A stretch of DNA of 64,000 nucleotides from Auanema rhodensis (GCA_964057225.1 OZ059894.1:15500001-15564000); one strand, 5' to 3'; shown: positions 41,087 through 55,844, counted from the first letter of the stretch. Notes: a model not told the origin generated them from the sequence alone. Program-made: numbers and translations.

Positions 41087-41985
41087 TCAAATTTTGAGAT
41101 TTTTTAAATCTTTCCGATTTCGGGAAGCCAGGCGAGAAATTTCAATAGATTCTATATCGGACCGTTTTTCTTCGCCACTTAAGCTCAACAGTACAACAGG
41201 GTAATTAAGATCATCCAAATCTCGTCGGAGGGAAGAAAAATCACGTTTTGGTCGCTTAACCTCGGGTTCTCCTGAAAACATCGCATATACTTTAATGTAA
41301 GCTTTAAGCAAAAACATACGAAGTAAATGTTCTTCCATCGTTCCAGCCGAAATCAAAACACTTTCTAGTTGATCTTTTTCATTGGTTAGCCGTTCAATTA
41401 ATCTTTCCTACAAAAAAAAAAGGAATAACATGACAATAAAAAAATTAAAAACCTTTATTAGTATGGCGTTGTCTTCTTGATCTTTTTCAGATATGCGTTG
41501 TTGCCCTATAATCTTTCTTTCTAAGGAATCTAATTCCAAACCACGTATAGTAATAGCTGTCTAAAATTAATAAAACTTACAACAAATAAATTAAAGTTTA
41601 GTATACCTGTTTTTGATGCTCATAGTCTTCATAAGCTTGAGTGTTCCTATTAACTAGATCGCAAGAAATACCATCTTCAATTTCTTTCCTTTTTATTAAT
41701 AACTACAAAATATATAAATAAATAAATAAATATGAAATTAGCATACCTGCTTAAGTTTCAATTCTTTAACGATAGCTTTCACTTTGTTGAATTGTAATTC
41801 CGAGAGAATAACTTTTCTATAGTCGATTTCACTAAATTACAAAAAAAACATAAATGAATAATATGATAAACATACAGCCTTCTTTGGAATTCAACAGTGT
41901 CTAAGATTTCTTCTTCAGAATCTTCAGAAGATTCACACTCTTTCTCATCCTCAGATTCGCTTTTAGCTTCATCTTGTTCCGTCAT
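41087..41985 (-). CDS. Sds3/BRMS1-like Sin3-HDAC complex subunit
   Basis: Acidic N-terminus, then coiled coil ELQFNKVKAIVKELKLKQLLIKRKEIEDG...KERLIERLTNEKDQLE, and C-terminal YPVVLLSLSGEEKRSDI resembling the Sds3/BRMS1 P.IVY.L...EI..D motif. Confidence 0.55.
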
Positions 41986-43677
41986 CTACAATTCAAAATC
42001 ACTGTTCAGACAGACTATCAGAGTGAAAGTTCAAGAAGTAAAAAAAAATGAACAGAGATAAGTTTCACAGATGATTATGAAGATCAAGTACAAAAGAAAA
42101 GTGTTTAAACACTGGAAATCAAAGTAACTTAACATAAGCATAGGAAAGGGATTAAGGATGAAAAATTATGAAAAAATGAACAAAACTACATTATGATACG
42201 AGAATGGGAGTTTTAAGTTAAGTTTCTGAATTTTAATTTTAAATTTAGTAAATTATGCGAAACAATAATTAACTATAATTCTATTATTTTCAAAAAACGC
42301 TATTGAGACTGGGCGCATCGTGCGTTAAATACAACACGCCTTGTAAACAACGTGCAGTAATGCAAGCCAAGAGTAGCAGATGCAGATGCATATGCTGACC
42401 TGTAGTTATGAGCTAAGCTTACTTTGACTTGGTTAGTAACGGTTGCCCTTTTTCTTTATGCGTAACTATCACTGTAATTTCCTGTGAATGAAAGTTTGAA
42501 AACTTTAATGATATCATATCATACTGATAAAAAATATAAATTTGTGTTTTCAACGGAATACTGTTCAATGAATTTATCACTACTTTTTATATTCAAAGCA
42601 ATCGTTTTCCTTTAACTATCGTATATATATATTATATATATTGAATAGAATACAGAATTAAGATATGAAGTTTCATATTTTGTGTATTATTTGAATACTC
42701 AAAATCAGTGTTTTAATTTTTAAAGCAATTCAAATGCTTATTATTGTAATCCAGAAAATTAATGAAAAATATGGCGGAATTAATAATCAACATAATCGAC
42801 TACATTGTTGTTTCTTTGAGCACATCAACAGATTTAATAAATTCACATGTTTATCTCTGAATATGCGGAACCAATGGATAATCTGTCAAGTTTTTTTATT
42901 TGAAGATGAAAATAAATGTAGCGAAGATTTGTTTGAGGGAACACAATGTCTGTTTAATCTTAAAAGCGTATTTTTAACAAGAGTTTCTATATATCTCTTG
43001 ATCAACCGATCTGCTCGCTGTGAAGATAAGAAATATATCATCAGAGTTCACGTGGAATATGAGTAGGCATATAATTGTTATTTGAAAGAATATTATAATA
43101 TTCATAACAAGAAAATCCAAAAATATATGTCAGTTTCTGCTAATTTTCTTAACAATGGTTACCTCAATTGTAGTTGTATCTTTGTTTTGAACAAGTTTTT
43201 CAATAAAAGCTTGTGAATACTATGAAAAAGATATAATCTGATATACGTAACTAGACTTTCCATGACAAGAAAGAACCTTACTTGGTTCTATAGATGGGAA
43301 ACTTCAGTCATTAAGCTTGCTGGCAGTAAAGCGCTGTGACTCCGCCTATTCACACTGAAGGCTCGCCGGACCAAGGGCGTGGATTAAAATTGCTTCGCCC
43401 TTAGTCTAGTCTTTCTTGTCGTTACCGTCATCAGGACATTTCAGTCTTTCGGTTATCTTGCCCTCACTGCTTGTTTTAATCATCAAAGCATCATCTTTCT
43501 CTGCTCTGCCAGAGCTGCTCCTCTTCAAAAGAGGAGGTCTGTTTTCAGTGGTCTAGGTTGTCTATCACCTCTGCCTTCAACAGTGAGCTTGTATTCTGGA
43601 ACATCAGAGAGGTTCTTCCTCTTACTCCTCCGAAACATATTCTCGTATCCCTTTCCATCGTTTCATCACCTTCACCA

Positions 43678-44876
43678 ATGAGCAGTCTCACTCAAGTGAT
43701 CCTTCCCCTTCTTCTGTTTGCAATGTAAGTTTTACACTGTGTCATTACCACTTGAAATTACTAATCACAAAAGTTCTAACTAATGTTTGATTATTAAATT
43801 CCATGTTTTATTATGATGACAGCAATTTGATTTTGATATTTCTGTGAATTTGATAACAAAAGAAGAATATTTATTCCTTAACTATTCAAACATATGAAAA
43901 CAATAATATAATAAGAATTATTGTAATTTTAATGAAATCAAAATTATATTTTAGTTATTTAGTATCAATGACTACCAATGAAAAACCATTTCACAAGTTT
44001 TTAGTTTATTTTCTTGTCATTATGCTGAAACTAAAGCGTGCTTTCGTTATATTTACATAAGAAAGATGATGACAGTAGAAGTTACTGTTGTTCTTTTTCA
44101 AAAATTTTCTTTCCTGTCAATTCCAGGATGAACTTTTGAGAGTATTTGTAATAGAATATTATTTAGTTTTCGCTACTTAGGAAAAGATTTAGGATACAAA
44201 AAAACATGGCAAACAAGCATAGTTGTTATAGATTTCAAGCTATGAAAACCTTTTTTTTTTTCAGAATCTCAAGTAATTATGCAAAACCTCCGAAAAATTT
44301 ATCTCGTCTTCGTAATAAGGGTAGCTTGAGGAATGAAGGTTCTATTATGAGCAGTTATTCTATGGTGAATAATGGGCAACAAATCACGGTTTTTGAGGTT
44401 TGAAAGCTTCTCTCTTTTCAACTTTTACCTCCTTCCAACTGGGAACTGAATGATGTACACAGATTGTTTTGGGATGATTCTTTTTCTATTTTCTAAAAAA
44501 AAAGTTCTTCAGAAGTGTCTTCTCTTTACCTTAACTTAAACCAAGTTTTTGCGTAATAGTCTTGTCATATGATTTCCAATTCACATCTTCTTACTAATTA
44601 TCATAAGTCCATTGGAGTTAAATCCACAATCCATTCAACTTCGATTAAATAATCTCCACCCTGTTTCAACTTTAAACTTAATAGTAAAACTTGTACTAAT
44701 GATAGAAAAATCGTTAGCTACTATGATGGAAAGATGAGCAAAGATGCTTGAACATCTTGCATCATGAGTTGGTATCATTAGTTGCACGCACGTTTCCTCA
44801 GATTTCATGTGGCTCACAGGCCGAATTTCGGATTGCCAATAGCCAATTATCTATTTTTGAAGCTTATAAAAGATAA

Positions 44877-44918
<42 letters not shown>

Positions 44919-47900
44919 AATAATTATTCAAAACCATTCAAACATTTATAGTTTATACTTTCCCAATATATTTGAAGGCATAGTTCAACCTGAGTTACAA
45001 GGCAAGAATAAAGTTTGAGCAAAAAAAAGAAGACGTCCTATATTAGAGAGCAAAAGTTTTTATTATTCTGAATAGCTTTGTAATAATCAATCTTTTCAAA
45101 AAAAAAATTGTTTTTAGTGTGAGAGGCGATAAGTACCTTTGTTAAAAATTCAGCAGAGCATACAACAAGTAGACAAACCAATTAAGAATTCTTCAAATCA
45201 TATACCCGGAAATCCCAATGTTTTTCAGCAATGTTAAAACTTCAGCATTTTCTTTTCTTGACCTACTCATTGAAATGCTGAATATTCTTGATATCTAGAT
45301 GTAAAGAAGAACCGATGCTCCGTATTTATAGAAAGAATGATATAGAGAGAGAGAGGCTTGGAAGAGAAGGAATATGAAAGAATGAAAGGATATTTCTAAT
45401 ATTTATTTTGCCATCATCAATATCGCTAGTATCAGTCTCAGAATGACGGAGTCATCGCCGTCAGAGACATTGGTGGCGACCGCAAGAACGACCATGACGT
45501 CGGTGAGTATCAATTCATTCAGAAGACAAGAGCCTTTAACAACAGAATGTACATAATACATATGTATTAACGTAAGAAGGAAATTCATCTTTTAACACAT
45601 TTTGTTTCGTTTTTCTTCACTTTCGTCTATGAATTAGATAGAAGCTCACAATGATGTTAGAACTGTTGGAAATATATGAAAGTCTTTTTAAGAGTTTTCC
45701 TAAGATTCATTTCTTTATGTATATTTAGGTCTATTAACTTTTCAAAGGTTATATCTTAGTTGTTCTCAAAATTTTCCCAGGAAATCACCAAGTTTGGCTA
45801 AAAAATTAGCATTTAGGATGGATTAGATGATGAGAAAAATGGAACTGCAGCAGGACAGCAGCCTTCAGATACCATGGCAAACGCAGAGACGACAGAAAAT
45901 ATAGATCCGGATGATCTCGACGACATTCTGGCCGCAGCTGAATTTGAGTCTATGGAGTAAGTCTTCATATACAAAACGATGAAGATCTGGAATTCAACTA
46001 CTTTTATTTGGGAAATTTCCCATAAAACTTTGAAAAGCATTCAAAAATTCAAAAATGATGTGAAATTTCAAAAACTAAGAAGCTTTAAAATTCAAAAAAG
46101 TATATTTGGAAACGTTACAGGCTCCCAGAAACAACTACAGAAACTACAACAACGAGAAGGATCACAACAACAGCGGAAATAGCTCGTGTTAGAATGTCTG
46201 TAAGTATTAAACTGATCATGTACTTAAATGACAACCTTAATTACTTCTTCAAGGTCCACACGCCAATAGCTCAACCTCAGTCATCAGACACAGAGATTTT
46301 AGAGCGATTACTTAGCAAGGGATACGATTGGAGAGTTCGACCCCCTGGTCAAGATGGTGAGTATACTACGTGCATTTCTAAATTTCAAGGTTGTTTGATG
46401 CTCTGTAGGAACCTTTTTTCTTCAAAGTTTTGAGAATGTTGAAACAAAATGAGCAACGGGTTATTATAATTTTCTAATTTTGGGATGCACTTTACACTTT
46501 TATGTGTTCAGCCTCACTTGAGTAGACTCTTCAAAAGAATTTAGAATAAGTTGGAACCTAAATGAAAAGCTTTGATTTTCAAAATTTTTCTTTTGAATAT
46601 TTCAGGAACTTTACACGGTGGACCAGTAGTAGTTTCTGTTAACATGCTCATTCGAAGGTAGGGAATCAGTATATTTGTCTTCAACACTTTTACTTTAGTA
46701 TATCGAAAATCGATAATGTTAATATGGAATATAGTGTACAGTTAACATTTCGAGAAAGTTGGAAAGATATTCGACTTCAGTAAGATATTAAAGAAAATAT
46801 CCTTTAATATTAATAATTAATAATAATAATTAGATATGAAAAAGATGATAATGGCAATGTGAAGGATAATGTTCCTGATTTTCTTATTTTGACTGCTGGA
46901 CAGCAAATCTGGATGCCTGATTCTTTTTTCCAAGTAAGCCATACTATCATTTGAATTTTATCAAATATGTTGATTATAGAATGAGAAACAAGCTTATAAG
47001 CATATGATTGATAAGCCAAATGTTCTTATTAGAGTTCATAAAAATGGAGAAATTCTATATTCAGTTCGTATTTCTCTTGTTTTATCATGTCCAATGCATC
47101 TTCAGGTTCGGTTATATTATTTAAATACATACATTGTTTTTGCTTAAACATTTAAAAGAAAAATAAGCAAAGCATATCTGAGAGTTTGCTCAGCTTTTTA
47201 CATGTTTTTCTTCCTAAAGCAACAGATTGAGTTAGAAAATCTTTGTTTTCAGTTTTATCCTATGGATGTTCAGAAATGTTTAATAGATTTAGCTTCATAT
47301 GCCTATACTACAAAAGATATTGGTATGTTTTCGACACTTCTTGCAAATAACATTGCAATTCGATAAAATTATGAAATAAACTTTCATGTATTCAGAATAT
47401 GTTTGGAAAAGTGAAGAACCAGTGCAGCTTAAGAAGGGTTTAAGCTCATCTTTGCCATCATTTCAACTTCGAAATGTTTCTACTGGATACTGCACAAGTA
47501 ATACAAATACAGGTGCTTATTCATGTCTTCGAACTACATTGGAACTCAGGCGACAATTCAGGTAATTATAATTTCAAATATGATTTGAATAGTAGAATAA
47601 GATAATTTATTATTAATTTTTAGTTACTATTTACTACAATTATATATTCCATCTTGTATGCTTGTAATTGTATCTTGGGTTTCATTTTGGATTGACCGAA
47701 ATGCTGTTCCTGCTCGGGTTACTTTGGGAGTTACAACATTACTAACAATGACTACTCAAGTAAGTACATGAGATTGTCAAGCATGTCTAGTTTTTATTAT
47801 TTAGTCTTCTGGTATTAATGCAAAATTACCACCAGTAGCTTATATAAAAGCTATTGATGTTTGGATAGGAGGTAACTATTTACAAAAAAAATCAACAAAA

Positions 47901-48431
47901 TAATACAAGTGCTTCAGCTTGTATGACTTTTATCTTTGGTGCTTTATTGGAATTTGCTTGGGTAACTTACATAGCTAATCGAATTGATGGAGCAAGAAGT
48001 ATTCATAGAATATTCATTTTATTAAATAAAATATGTTTGTTAAGAAAAAGAAGCGGAGAAAATGGCTTTACTCGCTAAGAATCAAGATGTGTGGGTTCCA
48101 AGAGATGTGGCAGAGCAAGAACGCGAAGTTGATAAAGCTTTACGGGCAGCGAATAACAGAAAATATCGGAGAAGTGCTTTCACAAGGTATAACTCTCAAA
48201 ACATATAGTTAAGTAGCTTCAATATTCTAGGTTTATTGAAAGACACACTGAATGGCATGATCCACCAAAACGAGCAGATCTTCTGTCAAGTAAGTTTTTC
48301 TAAAATTTACAAAGAAAAAGTGAAAGAAATCTTTTTTAGGAATTCTGTTTCCGTTATCGTTTTTATCATTTAACATAGCATATTGGATGCATTATGCTCA
48401 ATACAAACAATATGAATCAACTCGAACTTAA
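43678..48431 (+). CDS. avr-15: Glutamate-gated chloride channel alpha subunit, long N-terminal form
   Basis: Signal peptide; [10 protein letters not shown]; [24 protein letters not shown]; Cys-loop [16 protein letters not shown]; [17 protein letters not shown]; DVWIGAC; [13 protein letters not shown] loop as recalled for AVR-15. N-terminal exon joins are less certain. Confidence 0.88.
44881..44910. repeat. (TA)15 microsatellite in an avr-15 intron
   Basis: Perfect TA run. Confidence 0.9.
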
Positions 48432-48930
48432 AGCTTGAAAAAGCTTTAAAGTATCATAAATAAGTATTTTTTAGGATATATTTGTTCACTAAAACTTTGT
48501 CGAACGAGACAAAATTAATTGACTTATTTATGTTCACTTTGTATAATATACAATAATAATTATGAGTTAGAAAAGAAAGATGAAGATGATTAGATGATTC
48601 AAAAAATTGTGTATATTAAGGGTATCTTAATTATATCAATTATATTATTCAGTTTTAAATGTATTTGTAATACTTAATTGAACGAATATAGTATCTTGCC
48701 TTTCATTTGAAACACATTTATAAAAGAATTTTCATTGTATAGTCATGATTTTATCTCATTTTTTCAAAAATATTGTTTGTATACTGTAAATGATTTTTGT
48801 TTTATTTGTTTGTATATTATAAAGAGAACTCAACATATATAATTATTAAAAATATCTTTGGGCATTTCAGATCAAGTCAAACCACTTAATTGTTTGAAAA
48901 AAAGATAAATCTCTATGAAGTTGGACAAGA

Positions 48931-48941
48931 GGGGGGGGGGG
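48931..48941 (+). repeat. G11 homopolymer
   Basis: Eleven consecutive G, just past the stop of the minus-strand mucin-like gene. Confidence 0.85.
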
Positions 48942-48947
48942 ACTGGC

Positions 48948-49996
48948 TTAGGGTCTGAATCTTTTTTTGTGACAATATAAGCTGATTAATATAATTATAA
49001 CGATAATTGCTAATGTGGCACATACTCCTAATGAAATGGACAAACCAAGAATAATACCTGAATTCGTATATGACGTTGTCGTTTTTTCATATTCAGATGA
49101 TGTTGTTGAAGGGTTTACTGACGATGCTGTTGAAGGGTCTACTGATGATGTTGGAATGAATGTGGTTGATAAGGTTGTACTGGTAATACTGGTAGTTGGT
49201 ATAAAGATAGGAGTAGTACTCATTAAACTAGAAGATGTTCTAGAGCTTCTTAAAACCGTTGTAGTTGTCTGAGATTTTGTACTAGTTGTTTCAGGCTTCA
49301 AACTTGTAGTAGAAGGTATTGTAGTAGTTGTAGTAGCAGCAGCAGTAGTAGTAGTTGGAGATGCAGTGGTAGTTGTAGTAGAAGTACTAGAAGTAGTAGT
49401 AGTTGTTGTTTCAGATATTGGAGGTACTATATCAACTATAAAATTTATAAAATTATATGAAATTAATATAATTGAATTGTATACCATAACATTCAAATTC
49501 ATTATTGTAAGGTACAATATCTGGCATTTCAGGTAGAGACCATCCTAATGGAAACCATTGCAATGTTTCTTCACATATAACAATATTATTTGTCATTTTA
49601 TCATCATTTTTATAATCATACTAAAATAAATAATTAATAAAGGAAGTAAAAACTTATAATAGACTTACAATAATTGAATTTTCCAATGTGTTCATTGTTG
49701 AATTTTGAGCAACAAGATAACATAAATTCATACCACGACATTGAACTACAAGATGACATGAGTCATCTTCACTTTTATAGAAATAATCAAATTTAAGATT
49801 AGGATTATACTCAAATGTTTGTAAATAATCATCGACAGCTTTACCGGAACTAGCTTGTTTAGTGTTTGAACAATGTTTTGAGAAATCATCATCTAAGAAT
49901 ATTTTGATTATAAGATTATTGAATAGAATTATTACCTGAATGAACAAGTTGAATAATAATAAAAAGAAGAAAAAAGCTGAAGAGTAGTTGAGTCAT
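48948..49996 (-). CDS. Type I membrane protein: signal peptide, 6-Cys (C6-like) domain, Ser/Thr mucin stalk, TM, short basic tail
   Basis: MTQLLFSFFLLFIIIQLVHS; six Cys over exons 2-3; Thr/Ser-rich stalk; GIILGLSISLGVCATLAIIVIIILISLY followed by CHKKRFRP*; 4 exons in phase. Confidence 0.8.
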
Positions 49997-52900
49997 GGTT
50001 CCATAAAAAAAAGTTAAGAAATTCAAGTTCTTTTCTTATATAGCAAGTATCTTGTTGAACGAAACACCTCCTCCTCTTTCTATATCATATGAAGAAATTG
50101 ATAAAGAAATCACAAACATTAATGTAAAAAATAATTTGTTTCTCAAGTCAACTATCTTAACTATCTTGAATAATAAAAAAAAAGATTTTCTATTCGCAAC
50201 TTCAGTTTGCTTATACAAGCTGCTTATACAATTAATAAAACTTTTACTTATCCAATTATGTATTTTGATTGCAGAAGAGCTTTGCAGAATTATCATTAAA
50301 TCATTTTAATCTATGAAAAGAAGTGCAGATTTCACTTTTTTTTTGTAAAAAAAACGTCATCAATAAATCGGATTTATAATATTAATTTTGATACAATATT
50401 GAGTGTAATAGGATTGGCTTAAATAATTAATTTGTATTATATCAGAAGAAGCATTGAAATAAATATTATTATCAAAAGAAAATGATTTATATATATATAT
50501 AAATAATTAAAATCAATATTTATCTTTAAAACTATTGTAAGCAATAGTTTCACTCTCACCTACTATGTATATGGCTTACTCACTATTCAAAGAATGATTA
50601 ACAGGAGGGAAAATGAATAGATTGCCATAAGCCGGAAATCAATTGTTTTTAAATTTTACTTATATCATTTTAGGGCGTTGTTATTAGAGAAATGATTCAA
50701 GAACCAATCATATACAAGATGATAGCATGATTGTTTTGGTTTAAAATCATATTTATCAATCTGTAGGTGTCATATCTAGAATTTCATTTCCAATTGAAAC
50801 AGTTTTTTTTTATGTTGAAATATTACGTATTACTCTTGTATGAGTTTTTTCCAACAAAAAAAGGAAATAAAGAAAAGTAAACTGAACTTAATAGCCTTGA
50901 TATGAATGCAACCGATCATATCAGCGGGGGCGCTGAAAATAAAATTTTAAATAAATTCACTCAATGTTGCGGAATATAAAAATTTTAGAAGAGAATATCA
51001 TACTATTTGAAGTAAAATTATCAATTTTTCTATGATTCTGACGACAGTTTATGCTCACTGTGTTATGAAGGGCTCAAATGAAGACATTTATCTGTTTAAA
51101 GCTTATTAAATATCTTTTGTTATAATGATTAATCATATATTTCATTAAAATATTTAAAAATTCTATAAACATGAATAATATTTTTTCAAATATGAAAAGG
51201 TATATATCTAAGAATGTCAGTCTGATCCTCTGATCTTACAGCCATATATTTTATTTTTCACATTTAATTAAGTATATATAACATTTTATACATTAAAAAA
51301 TTATAATCTTTTTATATGAATATAATGTGGTGTTATTGTTAGATAAGAAAATACAAGACAAAAAAAGAAAGAAATTTAAATATTAAATCTGTCTCATTCA
51401 ATGCTCAGTTCCCACTATTTACAACATTTTACTTCCTTATTAATATTTTCTTATCATTTTTGTTTTGCGTATAATTAACATAAATTAATATATTTTTTAT
51501 AAAATAAACATTTTTTTAAATAAATACACTGATTTGTCGGCTTATAGAATAGCTCAATGTTATGATGAACTTCTTTTGAGTAGTATAACTAGTTTCACTA
51601 GCCTGATGAGAACGTCAAACACTTGAGGAATACTTGGGAATGAATAAGCTGTCGGCTACCTCGCTAATGAACCTCTTAAGCTTTCCTGATGAGCATAGAG
51701 ACAAGAAAAGACAATAGCCGATTAGTAACTAATATCCTAACTAAACTCAATTTATTTTCTCGGGTCCTTTCATATTCATAATGTTTATTTATCAAAATTT
51801 GTCTAGAATGTTGATTGCAATAATTGCAAAACAAGAAAATACAACATTATGTAGACATATACTTTCTATTATACTTTCTTTTCAAATAAAATTAAGAAAA
51901 GAACTTTAAAATCTTTAATTATAATTTATAATTATTTAATTTTACTTTTCATTTATCTACTATTTTCTCATTTTTTATTTTAAATTAAATTTTTTAAAAT
52001 GTTTTTATAATTATTAATTTGTATTTAAATCTTGTCTTTAATAATTATAATAATAATCTATATATGTAAGTAAAGTGAAATGATAAGCATTCGTGAGAAA
52101 AATTCTACATAAGTGATTCTTCAGTCTCTGAATATTTGTAAATTTCAAGAGGTCAACTGTATTGAGGTAGTGTGATCTATAAGCTATTATACGTGATCTT
52201 AACACAACCTCTATAATTATTTCTGAAGAAAATTCAGAAGATTATTAAGATTTTAATAATTCTCGAACGTTTATTTTTATTTTTATTTGAATTTTTTTCC
52301 GTTGAATCATCATGTGTTCCTTGACCATCTGCTGATAATTTCATTCTTCCGCATAAGTAAGCATTTATGGAATATAGCTACAGTAATGCAGCTTTTCGGC
52401 CATAATATGGATGAAGCTATTATCGGTAAAAATTCTTTGGATGCTCTGGAGTTGACATAGTTGAAAAGATGAGGAGACAGCCAAGATAAACAACCAATAA
52501 AAGCATATCGCATATTGTCTTCAGTCTTTCTTTTGTTTTTGCTCATCACCCATCTGAACTGTTCAGCACTGTTGCTTCAACTTATGTATAAGAATTTAGT
52601 TTACGGAGATAAAACATGATGAGCGAGATAGATGGGAAACTATTGCAAGTTTGTATGAAGATTAGACCCGCCATCTGGCTATCTGTTTCTCTTTGAAGTG
52701 GATCTCATTGTGTCCTTCGTTGATCTCAAAAGCCACTGATTGGCAACTCAAAATCTGCCGTCAAGGGTCCTTTGGCTAGCTATGGTATCTGGTCTTCCTC
52801 TCTCTTCTTACTGATACCCCTCGCTCTGTATCCGGTCCTTTGGGCGCAAACTCGGATACCAACTTAAGCTTGACCTTATAACCACTTGTTGAAGACGACC

Positions 52901-55844
52901 AAGCCAACTACACTTCCTTCAACGTGCTTCCTATTTCAGAAGTTATTCTGATCAATCTAGTCAATTTATTCGATTTTTCAGTTGTAAATTAGAAAAGCAT
53001 AATAAAACCTTTTATTTTTGAATAAGTAACTGCTTATGAAAAGACATAACTTTGTTTGTTTTATCTGTTTAATAGCAGAATGATTCATATAATCTTCATC
53101 ATTTAATCTCACAATAACATTGCTTAACTATATAAAGATTTAGATATATACATAAGAATATAATATATAGATTTATACATGTATATATATATATATACAT
53201 ATGCACAATTATCAGATCAAATGATTCTTTTGTCGTAATAACAATGATATTTAGTCAGCTTTTATTCTTCGATCCTTTATCATTTTATCCAAAAAGGATA
53301 CTCAAAATTTATTTCACTTTTGATATCTTTTATGTTTAATGACAAGTAAAAATAACATTCGTATTAAACTTTTCGCCTACTCTTTATATCGTTTGGTTTT
53401 TCATTCCTTTATTACTATTATTGACCTAATACTTTTAAATTTTAAGACCAATTTTGAAATAAATTGAAACTATTTTCCAATAAAAATACAATATTAGAAG
53501 ATTGCTAAATATTATATATAGTAATTATATTTATAATTATTTAAAATCTTGATTATTATTAAGAAAATGAAGGATCTAATTTATCAAAGTTCGAGATTAA
53601 GTTGAGATCAACGTGATCATTTTTCTGTTTCTGCTTCTTGAAATTTAACATATATGTGTAGATATATGATGAGATATCTAAGTTCTCTAAATAGTTCTGT
53701 TTCGTTGATTGAACGATCCCGATCAAAAGCCACAGAGCTATTTTGGGCTCTGAGAATATCACCTCTATGCTCGTAAAATTTCAACACAACCCTTGTATTG
53801 AAACTCTTTTATCTTCAATTCTTCTTTCACATTTCTTCAATCTCTTTTGGCTTGTTTGGAAGCCTCATAATGACTGCAACTTGTGCCAATGACTCAATAT
53901 TTGGTTCATCTGAGAGATCTTCGCCTTGATTTATCAAATCAACTACCGTACCCAGGAGCTCTTTGCTGTAAAGATTTGGACCCTAATGGTCCTGTCTGAA
54001 GCAATTCAACTAGGTGCCTCATTTCGCGCTCCAATCCTAATCAAATTCACAGAGACAAAAGGACCCTAATCGTATTGTTTGGCACAATCTAGGATGCTTA
54101 GATGAGGCTGTCCTATCTTTTCCTTGGTTAGCAGGGCTATCTGTTTCTTCTTTTCTCCTCACCATCTCCTTATTGTGCTCCCATCTTCCTCTTCTTCTAT
54201 ATACATAACTATCTAAAAAGAAAAGAAAAGTTTTAATTTTTGAGCTCATTGTTGAAATACAAAAGAGAAAAATCAGTTTTGTACATATCATATCATACCG
54301 TATCATCAGTAATATTACGGTATATGAGGATTAGCTAGATGCAATCTCTTCATAAAACGTCAAGTATCTTAAGTGCTTGAAGAATAAGTTCTCAACAATA
54401 CTTCAAAAGTGAAAATCGTTTTTTTTTATTCTTCCGCTATTTGATTTTAGACTATTCATCCTGTATAACTGATATTCAGTACTGGATATTACTTAGTCAT
54501 TTGACTTTTCTATTATATATTGCAACATGCTTCTTTGATTTCTTAATCCTCTTGACGTGCATTACCTGAAGTATCAAGATGTAGATTGAGAATTAACAAT
54601 GCTTCAATGTTTTTTGATTTGATAAAGCATTGTTTCAAGAAAATACTAATTGAATACCCACTAAGGTTCTATATGTGATCATCTAAACTGTTAGTTCCTA
54701 ATCATCTTTATATAATTCCAAATTATCTATTATATTTCTTAAAAATGCCATGTAATACACGTCAATGTTTACGTCATCGTCTCCTAGCTTTTCCACATTT
54801 TCCATTCTCCTCTGAAATGATATGGATGCCATGCCATTTAATCTTTTTATATTTTGATCATAACTTCTAATGATCACGAGCATGTAAAGATTCTATTCTT
54901 TCAAGTTAAATCACTATAACAATGCTACACAGCATTGATCTATCTATTCTTTACACTTTTCGGATAACAGGATATCATCAGACTTATTTTTCCTCATAAT
55001 TCCTATTTTTCTTCATATTTTTTCTTTCTTTTTTTTTGTCAAATTTGATTTGATTCTTTATTTGTCAAGTGAGACTCAGTTACTACAAGATCATGCATCT
55101 GTATTCTTTTGAGTTGCTTAGAAGAAGCTTGGATTACGGTATTGCCTCGAGGGAGAAGCATCTCCACTAGAAAATGATATAGTTGACTAACTTAAGCATC
55201 CTCTTCTAGCATTAGGTCAGAAGATCATTTTTATGGAAAATGTATTTACTTCGAGGATTCTTCACATTTTTTTACACTTTTTTCTTTAAATTAATTTTTC
55301 ATTGAAATCCTGAGCCTGTTTATAAGTTGTCATAAGCTACATTCGTTTGAATAAATTATGTCAATTTTTATATTAAAAAAATATAACCATTAAGAAATAT
55401 TTCTATTTTTGTTTTATCTTATTTTTTTTTTAAAATGATAACATTGAAACATCGAAGATGATAGGATTTACTCTTCAATATTCCATTTCTAGAAAATATC
55501 TGTAGCTACTTCATGTTAGTAGAGATTAAGTTTTATTTTATATTATCACATCATAAAAGAATTAAAATATAAACAATATTATTATAAAATAATTGAAAAA
55601 ATTCTTATTCTATTATTCAAAAAACACGTCATTATATCTGTGCTATTCATTATGATCTATTCTAATAGTTTTTCTAATATTCTTTTTAATCTTTGAATAT
55701 TTAAACTCTATAAACTATTTCATTCAATTTTTTTGTTTGAAATATTTCTAATTCTTAATAATCGTATTTCTATTTCTTTTTTTTAGAAAATCCTTTTATT
55801 GACTGCAGAATTGAAGTACAGGAATCATTTTCAACAAATAAATA

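Larger units (their letters stand above)
31044..41985 (-). other. Six-gene trans-spliced operon (BRMS1-like, natc-1, mrps-2, mrpl-4, Mps1, ints-12)
   Basis: Same strand; stop-to-ATG gaps of ~165-265 nt; T-rich spacers; AG acceptor 0-5 nt before each ATG. Confidence 0.75.

Noticed and set aside
48931-48953. G-quadruplex from G11 plus nearby GG/GGG runs
   Set aside because: Short tract with no supporting context.
51603-51710. Two CTGATGAG motifs as a hammerhead ribozyme or C/D snoRNA
   Set aside because: No stem II plus GAAA geometry, no terminal stem, and no convincing antisense element.
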